Positions 1 to 9,474 of a DNA stretch of 64,000 nucleotides are shown here, piece by piece. The notes under the pieces are model-generated. The model did not search any database, had not been told where the DNA came from, and saw only the letters and a program-made list of their open reading frames with translations. Origin of the DNA: a virus; the IMG/VR virus record IMGVR_UViG_3300045988_144476. One strand, 5' to 3'. The position numbers and the translations under genes were made by a program. Each line of letters begins with the position of its first letter. Position 1 is the stretch's first letter.

Positions 1-1
1 C

Positions 2-154
2 AATAAAGAAAGTGAACAATTTAAAGAGTATGAAAATAATCAAATGTTTGATTATCATATTTTAAATGATGGAACTATTGAAGATAGTATTGATAAAATG
101 AGTAAAATTATTTTGAATAAAACTAATGATTTAATCAAAGAGGACGTAGAATGA
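2..154 (+). CDS. 3' end of an upstream gene (partial, unknown function)
   Basis: Open frame from the window edge ending ...NDLIKEDVE. Its TGA overlaps the next ATG (ATGA at 151-154), which suggests translational coupling. Confidence 0.4.
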   Translation, partial: NKESEQFKEYENNQMFDYHILNDGTIEDSIDKMSKIILNKTNDLIKEDVE

Positions 155-2412
155 TGGATATTATTAATTGGCTTGGAAAAGACAATACACTTGGTATTGA
201 TATTTGGAAAAATAAATATCAGCACGACAATGAGTCATTTGAAGATTGGATTAATAGAATTTCTGGTGGTAATAAAGATATTGCACAATTAATAAAAGAC
301 AAGAAATTCTTATTTGGCGGTAGAATCTTAGCCAATAGAGGACTTGAAAATGTAGGACGTAAGATTAGTTTGTCAAACTGTTATGTAATTGCCCCACCTG
401 AAGATAATATTGAAAGTATTTTTGATTGTGCTAAAAAACTTGCTCGTACATATAGTTATGGCGGTGGATGTGGAGTAGATATTAGTAAACTTTCACCTAG
501 AGGAGCTAAAGTGAACAATGCAGCCAAAGAAACAACCGGTTCCGTGTCGTTTATGGATTTATACTCGATGGTTACTGGATTAATTGGGCAGAGTGGCCGT
601 AGAGGGGCTTTAATGCTAAGTATTTCCTGTGAGCATCCAGACTTGGAAGAATTCATTGAAATTAAATCAGATCTTGATAGAGTTACTAAAGCAAATATTT
701 CAATTCGTATTACAGATAAATTTATGGCCGCTGTAAAAAACAAACAGCCTTTTGAATTATCTTTTACAAGAATCGAAACTGGAGAAACTATTACTAAAAT
801 AGTTGATGCATATTCTATTTTCCATAAAATGTGCGAAATGAACTGGGATTATGCAGAACCTGGAATGCTTTTCTGGGATCGTATTAATAACTGGAATTTA
901 CTCAGTTGTGATGATGAATTTGAATATGCAGGCACAAATCCTTGTGCTGAGGAACCTCTTCCAGCAGGCGGGTCGTGCCTTCTCGGAAGTATCAACTTAT
1001 CAGAATTTGTAAATGATGATAAAACATTTAATTTTGATTCTTTTAGAGAATGTGTTGATAAAGCGGTAATTGCTTTAAATGAAGTATTAGATGAAGGATT
1101 ACCACTTCATCCGTTAAAAGAGCAGAGAGAGTCAGTACATGATTGGAGACAGATCGGACTTGGAATCTTTGGTTTAGCAGATATGTTTATCAAAATGAAT
1201 GTTAAATATGGTAGCACAGACGCTATTGATTTATGTGATATGATTGGGCATGCTATGGCAGATCAGGCATTAAAAACATCTGCATTGATGTCAAAAGAAC
1301 ATGGACCATATCCTAAATATAATCCAGACGCAGTTGAACAGTCTGCTTTTTATTCATTAAATGCATTAGGAGAAACAAAAGACTTGATTAAAGCATTTGG
1401 TCTTAGAAACTCTCAGCTTTTAACAATTGCACCAACCGGATCATTATCTACAATGATTGGTGTATCTGGTGGTATTGAACCGATATTTGCCAACTATTAT
1501 GTACGTAAAACAGAATCGCTTAAAGGACATGATGAGTATTACAAAGTATATACTCCAATTGTTAAAGAATACATGGAAATTCATAATATTAAAGATGATA
1601 AAGATTTGCCAGAATTCTTTGTGACAGCGCAGACATTAAATTATAAAGCTAGAATAGGAATGCAGGGAATTTGGCAGAATCATATTGATGCATCTATCAG
1701 TTCAACTGTTAATTTACCAAATACAGCAACTGTGGAAGATGTAGAAAAACTTTACATGTATGCTTGGGAGTTCGGACTTAAAGGTGTAACAATCTTTAGA
1801 GATGGATGTAAAAGAGCAGGAATTCTTACAACAACTACAGAAGAAAAAACAGATAATAAAAAGATAACAAATAAACATACTCTTGAAAGAGGAATGATTA
1901 TTAAAGCAGATGATAACTGTATTGGTAAGAAAAGAACATTAAAAACTGGTTGTGGAACACTTCATTGTGAAGCATTCTTTGATCCAGAAACAGGACAGCT
2001 CCTTGAAACTTACTTTAGTAAAGGATCTTCTGGTGGATGTAATAACTTTATGATTGGATTATCAAGAGCCATTTCACTTTGTGCTAGAGGTGGAATTGAT
2101 GTTTACTCTATTGTTGATCAGTTACAGTCATCTGGAACTTGTCCGTCTTATGCAGTTAGAAAAGCTACAAAACATGACACATCTAAAGGTAGCAGCTGCC
2201 CAGTAGCAATTGGAAATGCACTTCTTGATATGTATAACGAAATACAGAACGAACTTTTTGATACAGATGAATGCATTCCAGAGTTAATGACAGAAGATAT
2301 CACTGTTACATATGATATTCCTAAAGCAAAATGCCCACAATGTGGTGGAGAGCTTATTTTCGAAGGTGGATGTAATACCTGTAAATCATGTGGTTGGAGT
2401 AAATGTGATTAA
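151..2412 (+). CDS. nrdJ: Class II (adenosylcobalamin-dependent) ribonucleotide reductase
   Basis: 753 aa. Carries NPCAEEPLPAGGSCLLGSINL (NPCxE finger-loop Cys), TIAPTGSLS, SSTVNLP and GLKGVTIFRDGC. C-terminal zinc ribbon CPQCGG...CNTCKSCG. Confidence 0.9.
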   Translation: MMDIINWLGKDNTLGIDIWKNKYQHDNESFEDWINRISGGNKDIAQLIKDKKFLFGGRILANRGLENVGRKISLSNCYVIAPPEDNIESIFDCAKKLARTYSYGGGCGVDISKLSPRGAKVNNAAKETTGSVSFMDLYSMVTGLIGQSGRRGALMLSISCEHPDLEEFIEIKSDLDRVTKANISIRITDKFMAAVKNKQPFELSFTRIETGETITKIVDAYSIFHKMCEMNWDYAEPGMLFWDRINNWNLLSCDDEFEYAGTNPCAEEPLPAGGSCLLGSINLSEFVNDDKTFNFDSFRECVDKAVIALNEVLDEGLPLHPLKEQRESVHDWRQIGLGIFGLADMFIKMNVKYGSTDAIDLCDMIGHAMADQALKTSALMSKEHGPYPKYNPDAVEQSAFYSLNALGETKDLIKAFGLRNSQLLTIAPTGSLSTMIGVSGGIEPIFANYYVRKTESLKGHDEYYKVYTPIVKEYMEIHNIKDDKDLPEFFVTAQTLNYKARIGMQGIWQNHIDASISSTVNLPNTATVEDVEKLYMYAWEFGLKGVTIFRDGCKRAGILTTTTEEKTDNKKITNKHTLERGMIIKADDNCIGKKRTLKTGCGTLHCEAFFDPETGQLLETYFSKGSSGGCNNFMIGLSRAISLCARGGIDVYSIVDQLQSSGTCPSYAVRKATKHDTSKGSSCPVAIGNALLDMYNEIQNELFDTDECIPELMTEDITVTYDIPKAKCPQCGGELIFEGGCNTCKSCGWSKCD

Positions 2413-2422
2413 ATCGAGTAAC

Positions 2423-2524
2423 TTATTCGTTTAGATGGCACCAGTGTGGGAGAATAAAGTAACAGATTAATTGAGTAATAACAAAGCAGGTAAAAGATAT
2501 AATCGTAGCAATATTAGATGTCAT
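2423..2524 (-). CDS. 33-aa hydrophobic peptide, type I toxin-like candidate (MTSNIATIISFTCFVITQLICYFILPHWCHLNE)
   Basis: Below the ORF-track cut-off. ATG is preceded by GGAGGTG with a 6-nt spacer. One predicted TM helix. Lies antisense in the nrdJ 3' intergenic region. Confidence 0.4.
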   Translation of the reverse strand: MTSNIATIISFTCFVITQLICYFILPHWCHLNE

Positions 2525-2613
2525 AAACATCACCTCCAGTATAGCATGAAAACAAGACACCATAATAAATATTTCCGAAGGTTCCCCACTGGTGGCAGGT
2601 GTCTTTGCTAATG

Positions 2614-2622
2614 ATTATAACA
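2614..2622 (-). promoter_or_regulatory. Extended -10 element (TGtTATAAT) for the antisense small-peptide transcript
   Basis: + strand attataaca is TGTTATAAT on the - strand, about 90 nt upstream of the peptide ATG. The -35 (TTTCAT) is weak. Confidence 0.35.
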
Positions 2623-2636
2623 TAGGGTGAATTAAT

Positions 2637-2909
2637 ATGAAAGTACTCAATAAAGGCGATATTTTATACTTTTCCAGAATAATCCCTAAGACTGGAATAT
2701 ATGATGTATGTGAATTATATATTCGTACAGTTGAAGAGACTTATTTTGTTGGAATAGATAAAAAAGATAAACAGGCTCATATTTTTGGATATGATCGAAT
2801 CAATGAGGATATATTCGATAATAGAAAAGATGCATTAAATAAAGTACAAAGAGCTGAAAAGAATAAAAAATATGGTGAACCTCAAGAGGTTTATTATGAA
2901 CAGTATTAA
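2637..2909 (+). CDS. Hypothetical protein (90 aa)
   Basis: ORF with AGGGTGA RBS upstream of the ATG. No recognisable motif. Confidence 0.6.
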   Translation: MKVLNKGDILYFSRIIPKTGIYDVCELYIRTVEETYFVGIDKKDKQAHIFGYDRINEDIFDNRKDALNKVQRAEKNKKYGEPQEVYYEQY

Positions 2910-2950
2910 ATAATGTTTTAATTAAATACAATTCAAAAGGAGAAAACAAA

Positions 2951-3931
2951 ATGAGCAAAATTACAATGAAATCAACAAAACAGGAAATTATGGAAGCATA
3001 TGAAGAAGCGATGAAAAAAATTGCAGAATCTGAATCCGGTAAAGATGATCCGGTAGCTGCTGCTAAGGCTGAGAATGATAAAAAGATCATTGAATCAGCA
3101 CAGATGATTGTAGAAGATAATATTCTTAATCCTGTAATCATTGAGCGTTACGAAAATCTTAAAACTGCTATTGAAATGAAGAATAAAGAACTTCAGGAAC
3201 TTTATGGCATTGAAACAAAAGCTAATTCTCTTGTTGCTATGATTAACGCTTACAAAGATAAAGAAATTGAGCTTAAAGATAAATATAATGCAAGAACTAA
3301 AGAACTGGATGATGAATTCACTAAGAAAGAATTGATTCTTAAAGAGGAAATTGCAAGCTTAGAGAAGAGTAAAGAAGATCTTATTAATAAAATTCAGAAT
3401 GAATCCAATGAACTTACCAAATCTCTTAATAAGAAGCATAAACGTGAGGAAGAAGAATATGAGTACAATCTTAAACGCTCTAGGAAGGTTGAAAATGATA
3501 GATGGGAAGATGAAAAAGCAGCTCGTGAAAAAGAACTCACAGAACGTGAAGCAGCAGTAAAAGCTGACGAAGCTGAATTAGCTGATAGAACATCTTATAT
3601 TGAAGAGTTAGAGAAGAAAGTTGAAGAAATCCCGGAGCTTATTCAGGACGCTAAAGATAAAGCATTTGCAGAGGGTAAAGCAAAAGCTGACAAATCTAAC
3701 GCTTTTGAAGTACGTGCTCTTAAACAGCAGAATGATTATAACACTCAGATTTTTGATGACAAAGTAGATAGACTTTATTCAGAAGTAGATTCTCTTAAAG
3801 CAGAAAAAACTAATCTTCAGGCTAAACTCGATGACGCATATGCTCAGATGAGAGAACTGGCAGCAGAAACGGTTAAGTCTACTGGTGGTGTAAAAATCCT
3901 CAGTGGTCAGAATAATACAGCTAATAAGTAA
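2951..3931 (+). CDS. K/E-rich coiled-coil protein (326 aa), function unknown
   Basis: RBS AAAGGAGAA. Heptad-like charged repeats run through most of the protein. Followed by a perfect 10-bp hairpin. Confidence 0.7.
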   Translation: MSKITMKSTKQEIMEAYEEAMKKIAESESGKDDPVAAAKAENDKKIIESAQMIVEDNILNPVIIERYENLKTAIEMKNKELQELYGIETKANSLVAMINAYKDKEIELKDKYNARTKELDDEFTKKELILKEEIASLEKSKEDLINKIQNESNELTKSLNKKHKREEEEYEYNLKRSRKVENDRWEDEKAAREKELTEREAAVKADEAELADRTSYIEELEKKVEEIPELIQDAKDKAFAEGKAKADKSNAFEVRALKQQNDYNTQIFDDKVDRLYSEVDSLKAEKTNLQAKLDDAYAQMRELAAETVKSTGGVKILSGQNNTANK

Positions 3932-3945
3932 TTGATTAATTTTAT

Positions 3946-3973
3946 CCATACACGGTGTCAAATCCGTGTATGG
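3946..3973 (+). terminator. Hairpin after the coiled-coil gene (weak intrinsic terminator)
   Basis: ccatacacgg-tgtcaaat-ccgtgtatgg: perfect 10-bp stem followed by aattt. The U-tract is poor. Confidence 0.4.
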
Positions 3974-3986
3974 AATTTAGGAAAAT

Positions 3987-4157
3987 ATGAAATCAGAAAA
4001 AGAATATTCAGAATCAACTCTTATGAAGATGACCAAGAAAGAATTGATTGAGTATATCAAATGTTTGGTCAATAACAATAATGTACTACAAAACATGTTG
4101 GATCAACAATATAAGAATTATATGGAGAAAGTTAATGACATTAGAAAAAATAATTAA
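3987..4157 (+). CDS. Hypothetical small protein (56 aa)
   Basis: Below the track cut-off: MKSEKEYSESTLMKMTKKELIEYIKCLVNNNNVLQNMLDQQYKNYMEKVNDIRKNN. AGGA precedes the ATG. Its end overlaps the next gene start. Confidence 0.5.
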   Translation: MKSEKEYSESTLMKMTKKELIEYIKCLVNNNNVLQNMLDQQYKNYMEKVNDIRKNN

Positions 4158-4542
4158 GACTCATAGTATTTTTAAAGATGTAGCATGGATTATTTTAAAA
4201 AAGAAAGATATTAATATTCCATTTAAATATAAAAACATTGAGGTTTGTGAATATTATTATGATGATGAAACTAATCCGAATCATCTAACTTGGATTGATG
4301 TTGAGGGCATAGGTTATGGTTGGATGTGGATAGCAAACTGGTTAAGAAAAAGATCTACATTTTTACAGCGCAGAGCTGTTAAAAAATATGCCAAAGATAT
4401 ATTAAAAGAAATTGATGATGAGACAGATGTAGTAGCATTTTATTATAGAAATCTTTTCGTTTGTGGATTTGTTCCTAAAGATAATCCAACTATTTATATA
4501 CAAATAAGATTAAGTAATGAAGAATTATATTTTGAGGGATAA
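4135..4542 (+). CDS. Hypothetical protein (135 aa)
   Basis: Track ORF 4048..4542 trimmed to internal ATG 4135, which is preceded by GGAGAAAG. The upstream part overlaps 3987..4157 in another frame. Confidence 0.6.
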   Translation: MTLEKIIKTHSIFKDVAWIILKKKDINIPFKYKNIEVCEYYYDDETNPNHLTWIDVEGIGYGWMWIANWLRKRSTFLQRRAVKKYAKDILKEIDDETDVVAFYYRNLFVCGFVPKDNPTIYIQIRLSNEELYFEG

Positions 4543-4546
4543 ATAA

Positions 4547-5005
4547 ATGATTGTAGGTAGAATTGGAAAATTTAATTCAGTTAAATGTAAAAAATGTGGC
4601 TCCGATATTATGTTTACAAAGATTAAAGGTAATAACACAGGACTATATTGTCATGAATGTGGAGCTTGGCAGAAATGGTTAAGTAAGAATGAAAAGAATA
4701 TTTGGGATTCTCCAGTTATGAGAGACGCAACACCAAAAGAGAAAAATGCAGCAAATACACATATTAATAATGTTTCAAAACTAACAGGTTTTAATACTTT
4801 TAGTGATAAAACAATGCCAGAAAGATTACAAAAATTTATTGATGCTATCGAAAAGAAAATCAGTATTGAAATGATGACAGAACCTAAATCTGATGCCGAT
4901 CAAATTAGAAAGTGCTCATATTGTTTAGCACTTGAGCAGTGCAAAACTTCTCTTGAAAATATTTTAGCTGATAGGGAGTTTAATGATGATGCAGAAAATA
5001 AATAA
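4547..5005 (+). CDS. Zinc-ribbon protein (152 aa)
   Basis: N-terminal CKKCGS...CHECGA (CxxC-x17-CxxC) motif. Confidence 0.65.
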   Translation: MIVGRIGKFNSVKCKKCGSDIMFTKIKGNNTGLYCHECGAWQKWLSKNEKNIWDSPVMRDATPKEKNAANTHINNVSKLTGFNTFSDKTMPERLQKFIDAIEKKISIEMMTEPKSDADQIRKCSYCLALEQCKTSLENILADREFNDDAENK

Positions 5006-5762
5006 TTTAGATGTATATACAACAGGAATGCAGAAATCACTTAATGATAAATTGTTCTTTGTAGATAAAGTTGATGGTATAGACAGAATTGTTGATTTTG
5101 GTTGCGCTGATGGAGCATTTCTCAGAGAGATGTATAAAGTAAATCCTGATATTAATTATGTTGGGTACGACAATAATGTCAATATGCTTATTGTTGCTCA
5201 AAGTAAAACTGATTTTGATAAATACAAAACAATTATTTATACCGCACAACTTGGTTCATTAGATGATAATAAATATAGTTTATTAAATCTTTCGAGCGTA
5301 ATTCATGAAGTGTATTCATATTCTCAACCAGATGAGATTAACACATTCTGGAATAATGTACTTTATCAAAATTATAAGTATATTGCAATCAGAGATTTTT
5401 GTATTAGTAAATCGATTAGTAGACAGTCCGATATTAATGATTATACAAAAGTAATTCAAAATGCTGATAAAGAACAAATAGATGAATATGAATCTATCTG
5501 GGGATCATTAAGAGAGAATAGGAATTTAGTTCATTATTTAATGAAGTACAGATATACAGAAAACTGGAATAGAGAAGTACGTGAAAACTATTTCCCTATT
5601 ACATTAGAAACACTTTTGAGTATGATTCCAACATATAAATATGAAATTATTTATTTTAAAGATTATATTCTTCCTTTTACAAAGAATAAAGTAAAAGAAG
5701 ATTTCGATGTTGACCTTCATGATAATACTCATGTAAAGATTTTACTTAAGAGGAAAGATTAA
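4983..5762 (+). CDS. Class I SAM-dependent methyltransferase-like protein
   Basis: 259 aa. Motif I-like IVDFGCADGAF followed by an acidic residue at VGYDNN. Substrate unknown. Confidence 0.65.
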   Translation: MMMQKINNLDVYTTGMQKSLNDKLFFVDKVDGIDRIVDFGCADGAFLREMYKVNPDINYVGYDNNVNMLIVAQSKTDFDKYKTIIYTAQLGSLDDNKYSLLNLSSVIHEVYSYSQPDEINTFWNNVLYQNYKYIAIRDFCISKSISRQSDINDYTKVIQNADKEQIDEYESIWGSLRENRNLVHYLMKYRYTENWNREVRENYFPITLETLLSMIPTYKYEIIYFKDYILPFTKNKVKEDFDVDLHDNTHVKILLKRKD

Positions 5763-6373
5763 TGGATAGTAGAAAAGTACGAATAAAATATTTATGTGAA
5801 TTACCAGAATATTTACATGCATATATTAAAAGTTTTGCCGGAAAAGTTGGAATAATTACAGAAATTATAATTGACGCAGAAAAAACAATCTACCAAATTG
5901 ATTTAGGCGGTGGAGTAATAATACAAGCAGAAAAACAATTTTTTATTTTTATAAATGAAGAGGAGAATGAAAATATGGCAGCATTAACAGGATACGCAGC
6001 AGTAGCAGTAATTGAACAGGGATGTTATAACAAAGAATATTATTATGCAATTTATGCAGATGGTTATAATTATAAAGTTGGAGATAAAGTACTTGTATCA
6101 AATACTAATGATATTTGGACTATTAAAAGACTTTTAACAGTTCAGCAGGCGGCAGAAGAACATAAAGCTGCTATTACTGCAGAAGTTGTAGCTCATGTAG
6201 ATAATTCAGCATATCTGAAAAGGGTTGAACAGCGCAAAGAAGCTGCGGCTATTAAAAAGGATATGGATAAAATTATCAAACAAATGGATGAGCAAATGAA
6301 ATATGATATTTACGCAGAAGAAAATCCTGAGCTTAAAAAGATGCTTGAGAGATATAGAGAGCTGAAAGGTTAA
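5762..6373 (+). CDS. Hypothetical protein (203 aa)
   Basis: ATG overlaps the previous stop (TAATG). An internal GAGGAG+ATG at MAALTGY could give a shorter product. C-terminal charged helix. Confidence 0.6.
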   Translation: MDSRKVRIKYLCELPEYLHAYIKSFAGKVGIITEIIIDAEKTIYQIDLGGGVIIQAEKQFFIFINEEENENMAALTGYAAVAVIEQGCYNKEYYYAIYADGYNYKVGDKVLVSNTNDIWTIKRLLTVQQAAEEHKAAITAEVVAHVDNSAYLKRVEQRKEAAAIKKDMDKIIKQMDEQMKYDIYAEENPELKKMLERYRELKG

Positions 6374-6377
6374 TATA

Positions 6378-6533
6378 ATGAGTGATATAATAAGAATAGG
6401 TATTTGTAGTTTATGCTATTGCGGAATATTGACTTTATCTGGTGTAAAAATTGTAAATAAAAAATACTTTGCTATTTTGGCATTATTAATTATTCAAGCA
6501 GTAGTGTGGGGAACATGGGGAATGCAATCATGA
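6378..6533 (+). CDS. Small membrane peptide (51 aa)
   Basis: Below the track cut-off: MSDIIRIGICSLCYCGILTLSGVKIVNKKYFAILALLIIQAVVWGTWGMQS. AAAGG RBS. Stop overlaps the next ATG (ATGA). Confidence 0.45.
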   Translation: MSDIIRIGICSLCYCGILTLSGVKIVNKKYFAILALLIIQAVVWGTWGMQS

Positions 6534-7267
6534 TTTGGATTACAGGTGATACTCATGGGGACTGGGTTCATAGATTAAATATGAACTCTTTCCCGGAACA
6601 AAAAGAAATGACAAAAGATGATTATGTAATTATTTGTGGAGATTTTGGTATTTGGAACGATACTCCGCAGCAGCGATGGAATTTAAGTTGGTTAGAAGAA
6701 AGAAATTTCACTACATTATTTGTTGATGGTAATCATGAAAATTATGATTCACTTAACACATATTCAGTGTCTGAATGGCATGGAGGTAAAGTACATTTTA
6801 TTAAACCATCAGTAATACATCTTATGCGAGGACAGATCTTTAATATAGAATATAGAACATTTTTTACATTTGGTGGAGCACGAAGTCATGATATTAAAGA
6901 TGGTATTCTTGAAATAGATGATCCACGAATAAAATCATGGAATAAAGATCCAGATAAGATGTATCGAATTAATCATGTATCCTGGTGGGAAGAAGAAATG
7001 CCAAATGAAAAAGAAATGGCTGAAGGAAGAGAAAATTTAGAATTAGCTGGGAATAAAGTTGATTTTATTATTACTCATTGTGCCCCATCATCTACTCAGG
7101 CTATATTGAGCGGTGGATATTATGAGCCGGATAAACTTACAAAGTATCTTGAGAGTATAAAATGTGGTGTAGATTATAAGACATGGATATTTGGTCATTA
7201 TCATATTGATAAGTCGGTTACAAGTAAAGATATTTGTTTATTCGAACAGATTGTGAGGATTAATTAA
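6530..7267 (+). CDS. Calcineurin-like metallophosphoesterase (Ser/Thr phosphatase-like)
   Basis: Carries GDTHGD, GDFG, GNHEN, THCAP and GHYH motifs. Start placed at ATG 6530 (ATGA coupling); GTG 6506 or ATG 6515 remain possible. Confidence 0.85.
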   Translation: MIWITGDTHGDWVHRLNMNSFPEQKEMTKDDYVIICGDFGIWNDTPQQRWNLSWLEERNFTTLFVDGNHENYDSLNTYSVSEWHGGKVHFIKPSVIHLMRGQIFNIEYRTFFTFGGARSHDIKDGILEIDDPRIKSWNKDPDKMYRINHVSWWEEEMPNEKEMAEGRENLELAGNKVDFIITHCAPSSTQAILSGGYYEPDKLTKYLESIKCGVDYKTWIFGHYHIDKSVTSKDICLFEQIVRIN

Positions 7268-7269
7268 AT

Positions 7270-7473
7270 ATGGATAATGATATAAAAGAATATTTAATGT
7301 ATGTAGAAGATAATTTAATGAAGAAATATAACATCACTCAAGATTTATCTCGGAGAATAATTTCAGAATCTTATCTTCCTGATTCAATAATTAAATTTCC
7401 AGAGAAATGCTTACATGAAGATATAGAGACAGTTACTGATATTATTTATCATGATTATTTAGAGGGAGTATGA
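7270..7473 (+). CDS. Hypothetical protein (67 aa)
   Basis: ORF in operon context. Stop overlaps the next ATG. Confidence 0.55.
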   Translation: MDNDIKEYLMYVEDNLMKKYNITQDLSRRIISESYLPDSIIKFPEKCLHEDIETVTDIIYHDYLEGV

Positions 7474-7721
7474 TGAATCGAGTAGAAAATTTATTATTAG
7501 ATTATGGATACGATGGAGTTGTATATTTTACAAACCCTTCATATGAAAGAGCTTTTCTTGGAGTATCAACAGATGATAGAGCAATTTATGATTTTGATCT
7601 TATGGTCGAATCACTTATGGAAGAAGAAGGAATGACAGAAGAAGACGCTGCAGAGTGGATAGATTATAATTGCTCTTATTATTTTGATGGATGTCCAATT
7701 ATTATGCATAGATTGGAGTAG
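7470..7721 (+). CDS. Small acidic protein (83 aa)
   Basis: ATGA-coupled and D/E-rich (EEEGMTEEDAAEW). No motif recognised. Confidence 0.6.
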   Translation: MMNRVENLLLDYGYDGVVYFTNPSYERAFLGVSTDDRAIYDFDLMVESLMEEEGMTEEDAAEWIDYNCSYYFDGCPIIMHRLE

Positions 7722-7752
7722 AATATGAATTATTTTATTAGAGGTGAATTAA

Positions 7753-8109
7753 TTGCCAAAACGTAACCAAGGATATTTTAGAGAACAAAGATTAAGAAGT
7801 ATTGAAAGACGTAAAGAGATTATTAGACAAAATGGTAGTTGTATTAGACCTTTTGAACCTTTAAATGATCCTAATTTTAAAGAAGGAACACTTGCTAAAG
7901 GACATAATGGATATTGCGGTAATGCCGGAAGAGCAGTTAAAACAAATAGACGTAAAGGACATACTACATACCGACATAAGGGTGCATATGGTCCGGCAAA
8001 TAATTATTCAAGACATGATAAGCAGCAGGTTGAAGATGGAGTACAGCAAATTAAAGAATGGGAGAATGAAGATGGAAAAAGAGAAAAAGAAAGTTTTGAT
8101 TGTAATTGA
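7753..8109 (+). CDS. Basic protein (118 aa), unknown function
   Basis: TTG start 7 nt after GAGGTG. R/K/H-rich. 3' end overlaps the nicotinamidase start by 38 nt. Confidence 0.5.
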   Translation: MPKRNQGYFREQRLRSIERRKEIIRQNGSCIRPFEPLNDPNFKEGTLAKGHNGYCGNAGRAVKTNRRKGHTTYRHKGAYGPANNYSRHDKQQVEDGVQQIKEWENEDGKREKESFDCN

Positions 8110-8632
8110 TATGCAGAATGATTTTGTTTATGGACCACTTGGAACACCAGAAGCACAAGCTATTGTTCCTAATGTGATGGAAAAAATTGCCGATTATAAA
8201 AGAAATAACTGGCCTATATTATATACGAGAGATACACATTATGAAGATTATCTGGATACACAGGAAGGAAAGAAACTTCCGGTACTACATTGTATCCGGG
8301 ATACAGAAGGATGGCAAATCATTCCTGAGATTAATCCATATGAAAATTGTTTTATTTTTGATAAGAACACATTTGGGAAATATAACTGGGAATTAGAAAC
8401 TTGGCTTGATGGTAAATATGCAAGATATGATATTGAAATCATTGGTGTTTGCTTAGATATTTGTGTAATTTCAAATGCTCTTATTCTTAAAGCAACTTTT
8501 CCAGAAAATGAAATTACAGTAGATGCTAGATGCTGTGCGGGATCAACGCCTGAAAAACATAAAGCAGCATTAGAAGTAATGAAGAGCTGTCAGATTAATG
8601 TGATTGGAGAGTTAGGAGAATTAAATAAATGA
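8072..8632 (+). CDS. pncA: Nicotinamidase (isochorismatase fold)
   Basis: Track ORF 7865..8632 trimmed to ATG 8072 (GGAG 7 nt upstream). Carries VLIVIDMQNDF, the PncA-type metal pattern RDTH...LPVLHCIRDTEG, and catalytic Cys in GVCLDICV. Confidence 0.8.
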   Translation: MEKEKKKVLIVIDMQNDFVYGPLGTPEAQAIVPNVMEKIADYKRNNWPILYTRDTHYEDYLDTQEGKKLPVLHCIRDTEGWQIIPEINPYENCFIFDKNTFGKYNWELETWLDGKYARYDIEIIGVCLDICVISNALILKATFPENEITVDARCCAGSTPEKHKAALEVMKSCQINVIGELGELNK

Positions 8633-9474
8633 TAAAAGTAAATAATGAATTAATCAAACCAGAATATTTTCCGGACGGTACCATGAAATTAAAATATGAA
8701 CGTGATCATGAAAGCGGGAGGTTTGGATACTTTGATATAAAATGGCTTTATGATAATGAAGAAGAAATGATATTGCTTTATTATCTCGTAAATCAAATAC
8801 GTAATAATATTTCTAAACCAACCATTAATTTATTCATGCCATATATTCCAAATGCAAGATTTGATAGAACAAAAAATAAAGAAGAAGTGTTTACATTAAA
8901 ATTTTTCTCTAATTTTATTAATGATTTGCATTTCGATCAAGTAATAGTATTTGATCCTCATTCACATGTATCGGAAGCATTGATTAATAATATTGTTATT
9001 GAACATCCGATACATACAATTGTTAAAGCAACAGAAAGAATTACTAATAATTTAAATGATTTACTTTTATTCTTTCCGGATGAAGGAAGTACAAAAAGAT
9101 ATCAGGAAGTAATTGAAACATTTTCAAATTTTCCATATGCATTTGGTATAAAGAATAGAGATTGGGTTACAGGTGAAATCATAGAACTATCTGTGAATGG
9201 CAAAGTTGATCAGATTAGAGGTAGAGATGCGTTTATTATTGATGATATCTGTAGCAAAGGCGGCACATTTTATCATAGCGCAAAGAAGCTGAAAGAGCTT
9301 GGAGCAAAGAATATTTATCTTTATGTAAGCCATTGTGAAAATAGTATTTATGATGGTGAATTATTAAAAGCGAGTAATAATGATTTAATCAAACGCATTT
9401 ACACAACTGATAGCATTTTAACTAATCTTGAAAGTCATAAAATTGAGTTAGTAGAAGAATGGAGAAAATTATGA
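8629..9474 (+). CDS. Ribose-phosphate pyrophosphokinase (Prs) homologue; candidate ADP-ribose diphosphokinase (Adps-like)
   Basis: 281 aa. Carries FPDGT, PYIPNARFDR, VFDPHS, PDEGSTKR and the PRPP-type loop FIIDDICSKGGT. ATGA-coupled on both sides. Confidence 0.8.
   Translation: MIKVNNELIKPEYFPDGTMKLKYERDHESGRFGYFDIKWLYDNEEEMILLYYLVNQIRNNISKPTINLFMPYIPNARFDRTKNKEEVFTLKFFSNFINDLHFDQVIVFDPHSHVSEALINNIVIEHPIHTIVKATERITNNLNDLLLFFPDEGSTKRYQEVIETFSNFPYAFGIKNRDWVTGEIIELSVNGKVDQIRGRDAFIIDDICSKGGTFYHSAKKLKELGAKNIYLYVSHCENSIYDGELLKASNNDLIKRIYTTDSILTNLESHKIELVEEWRKL

Noticed and set aside
7865-8071. N-terminal 69-aa extension of the nicotinamidase ORF
   Set aside because: It overlaps the 7753-8109 ORF in another frame. 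The isochorismatase fold begins at MEKEKKKVLIVID, and GGAG lies 7 nt before ATG 8072.
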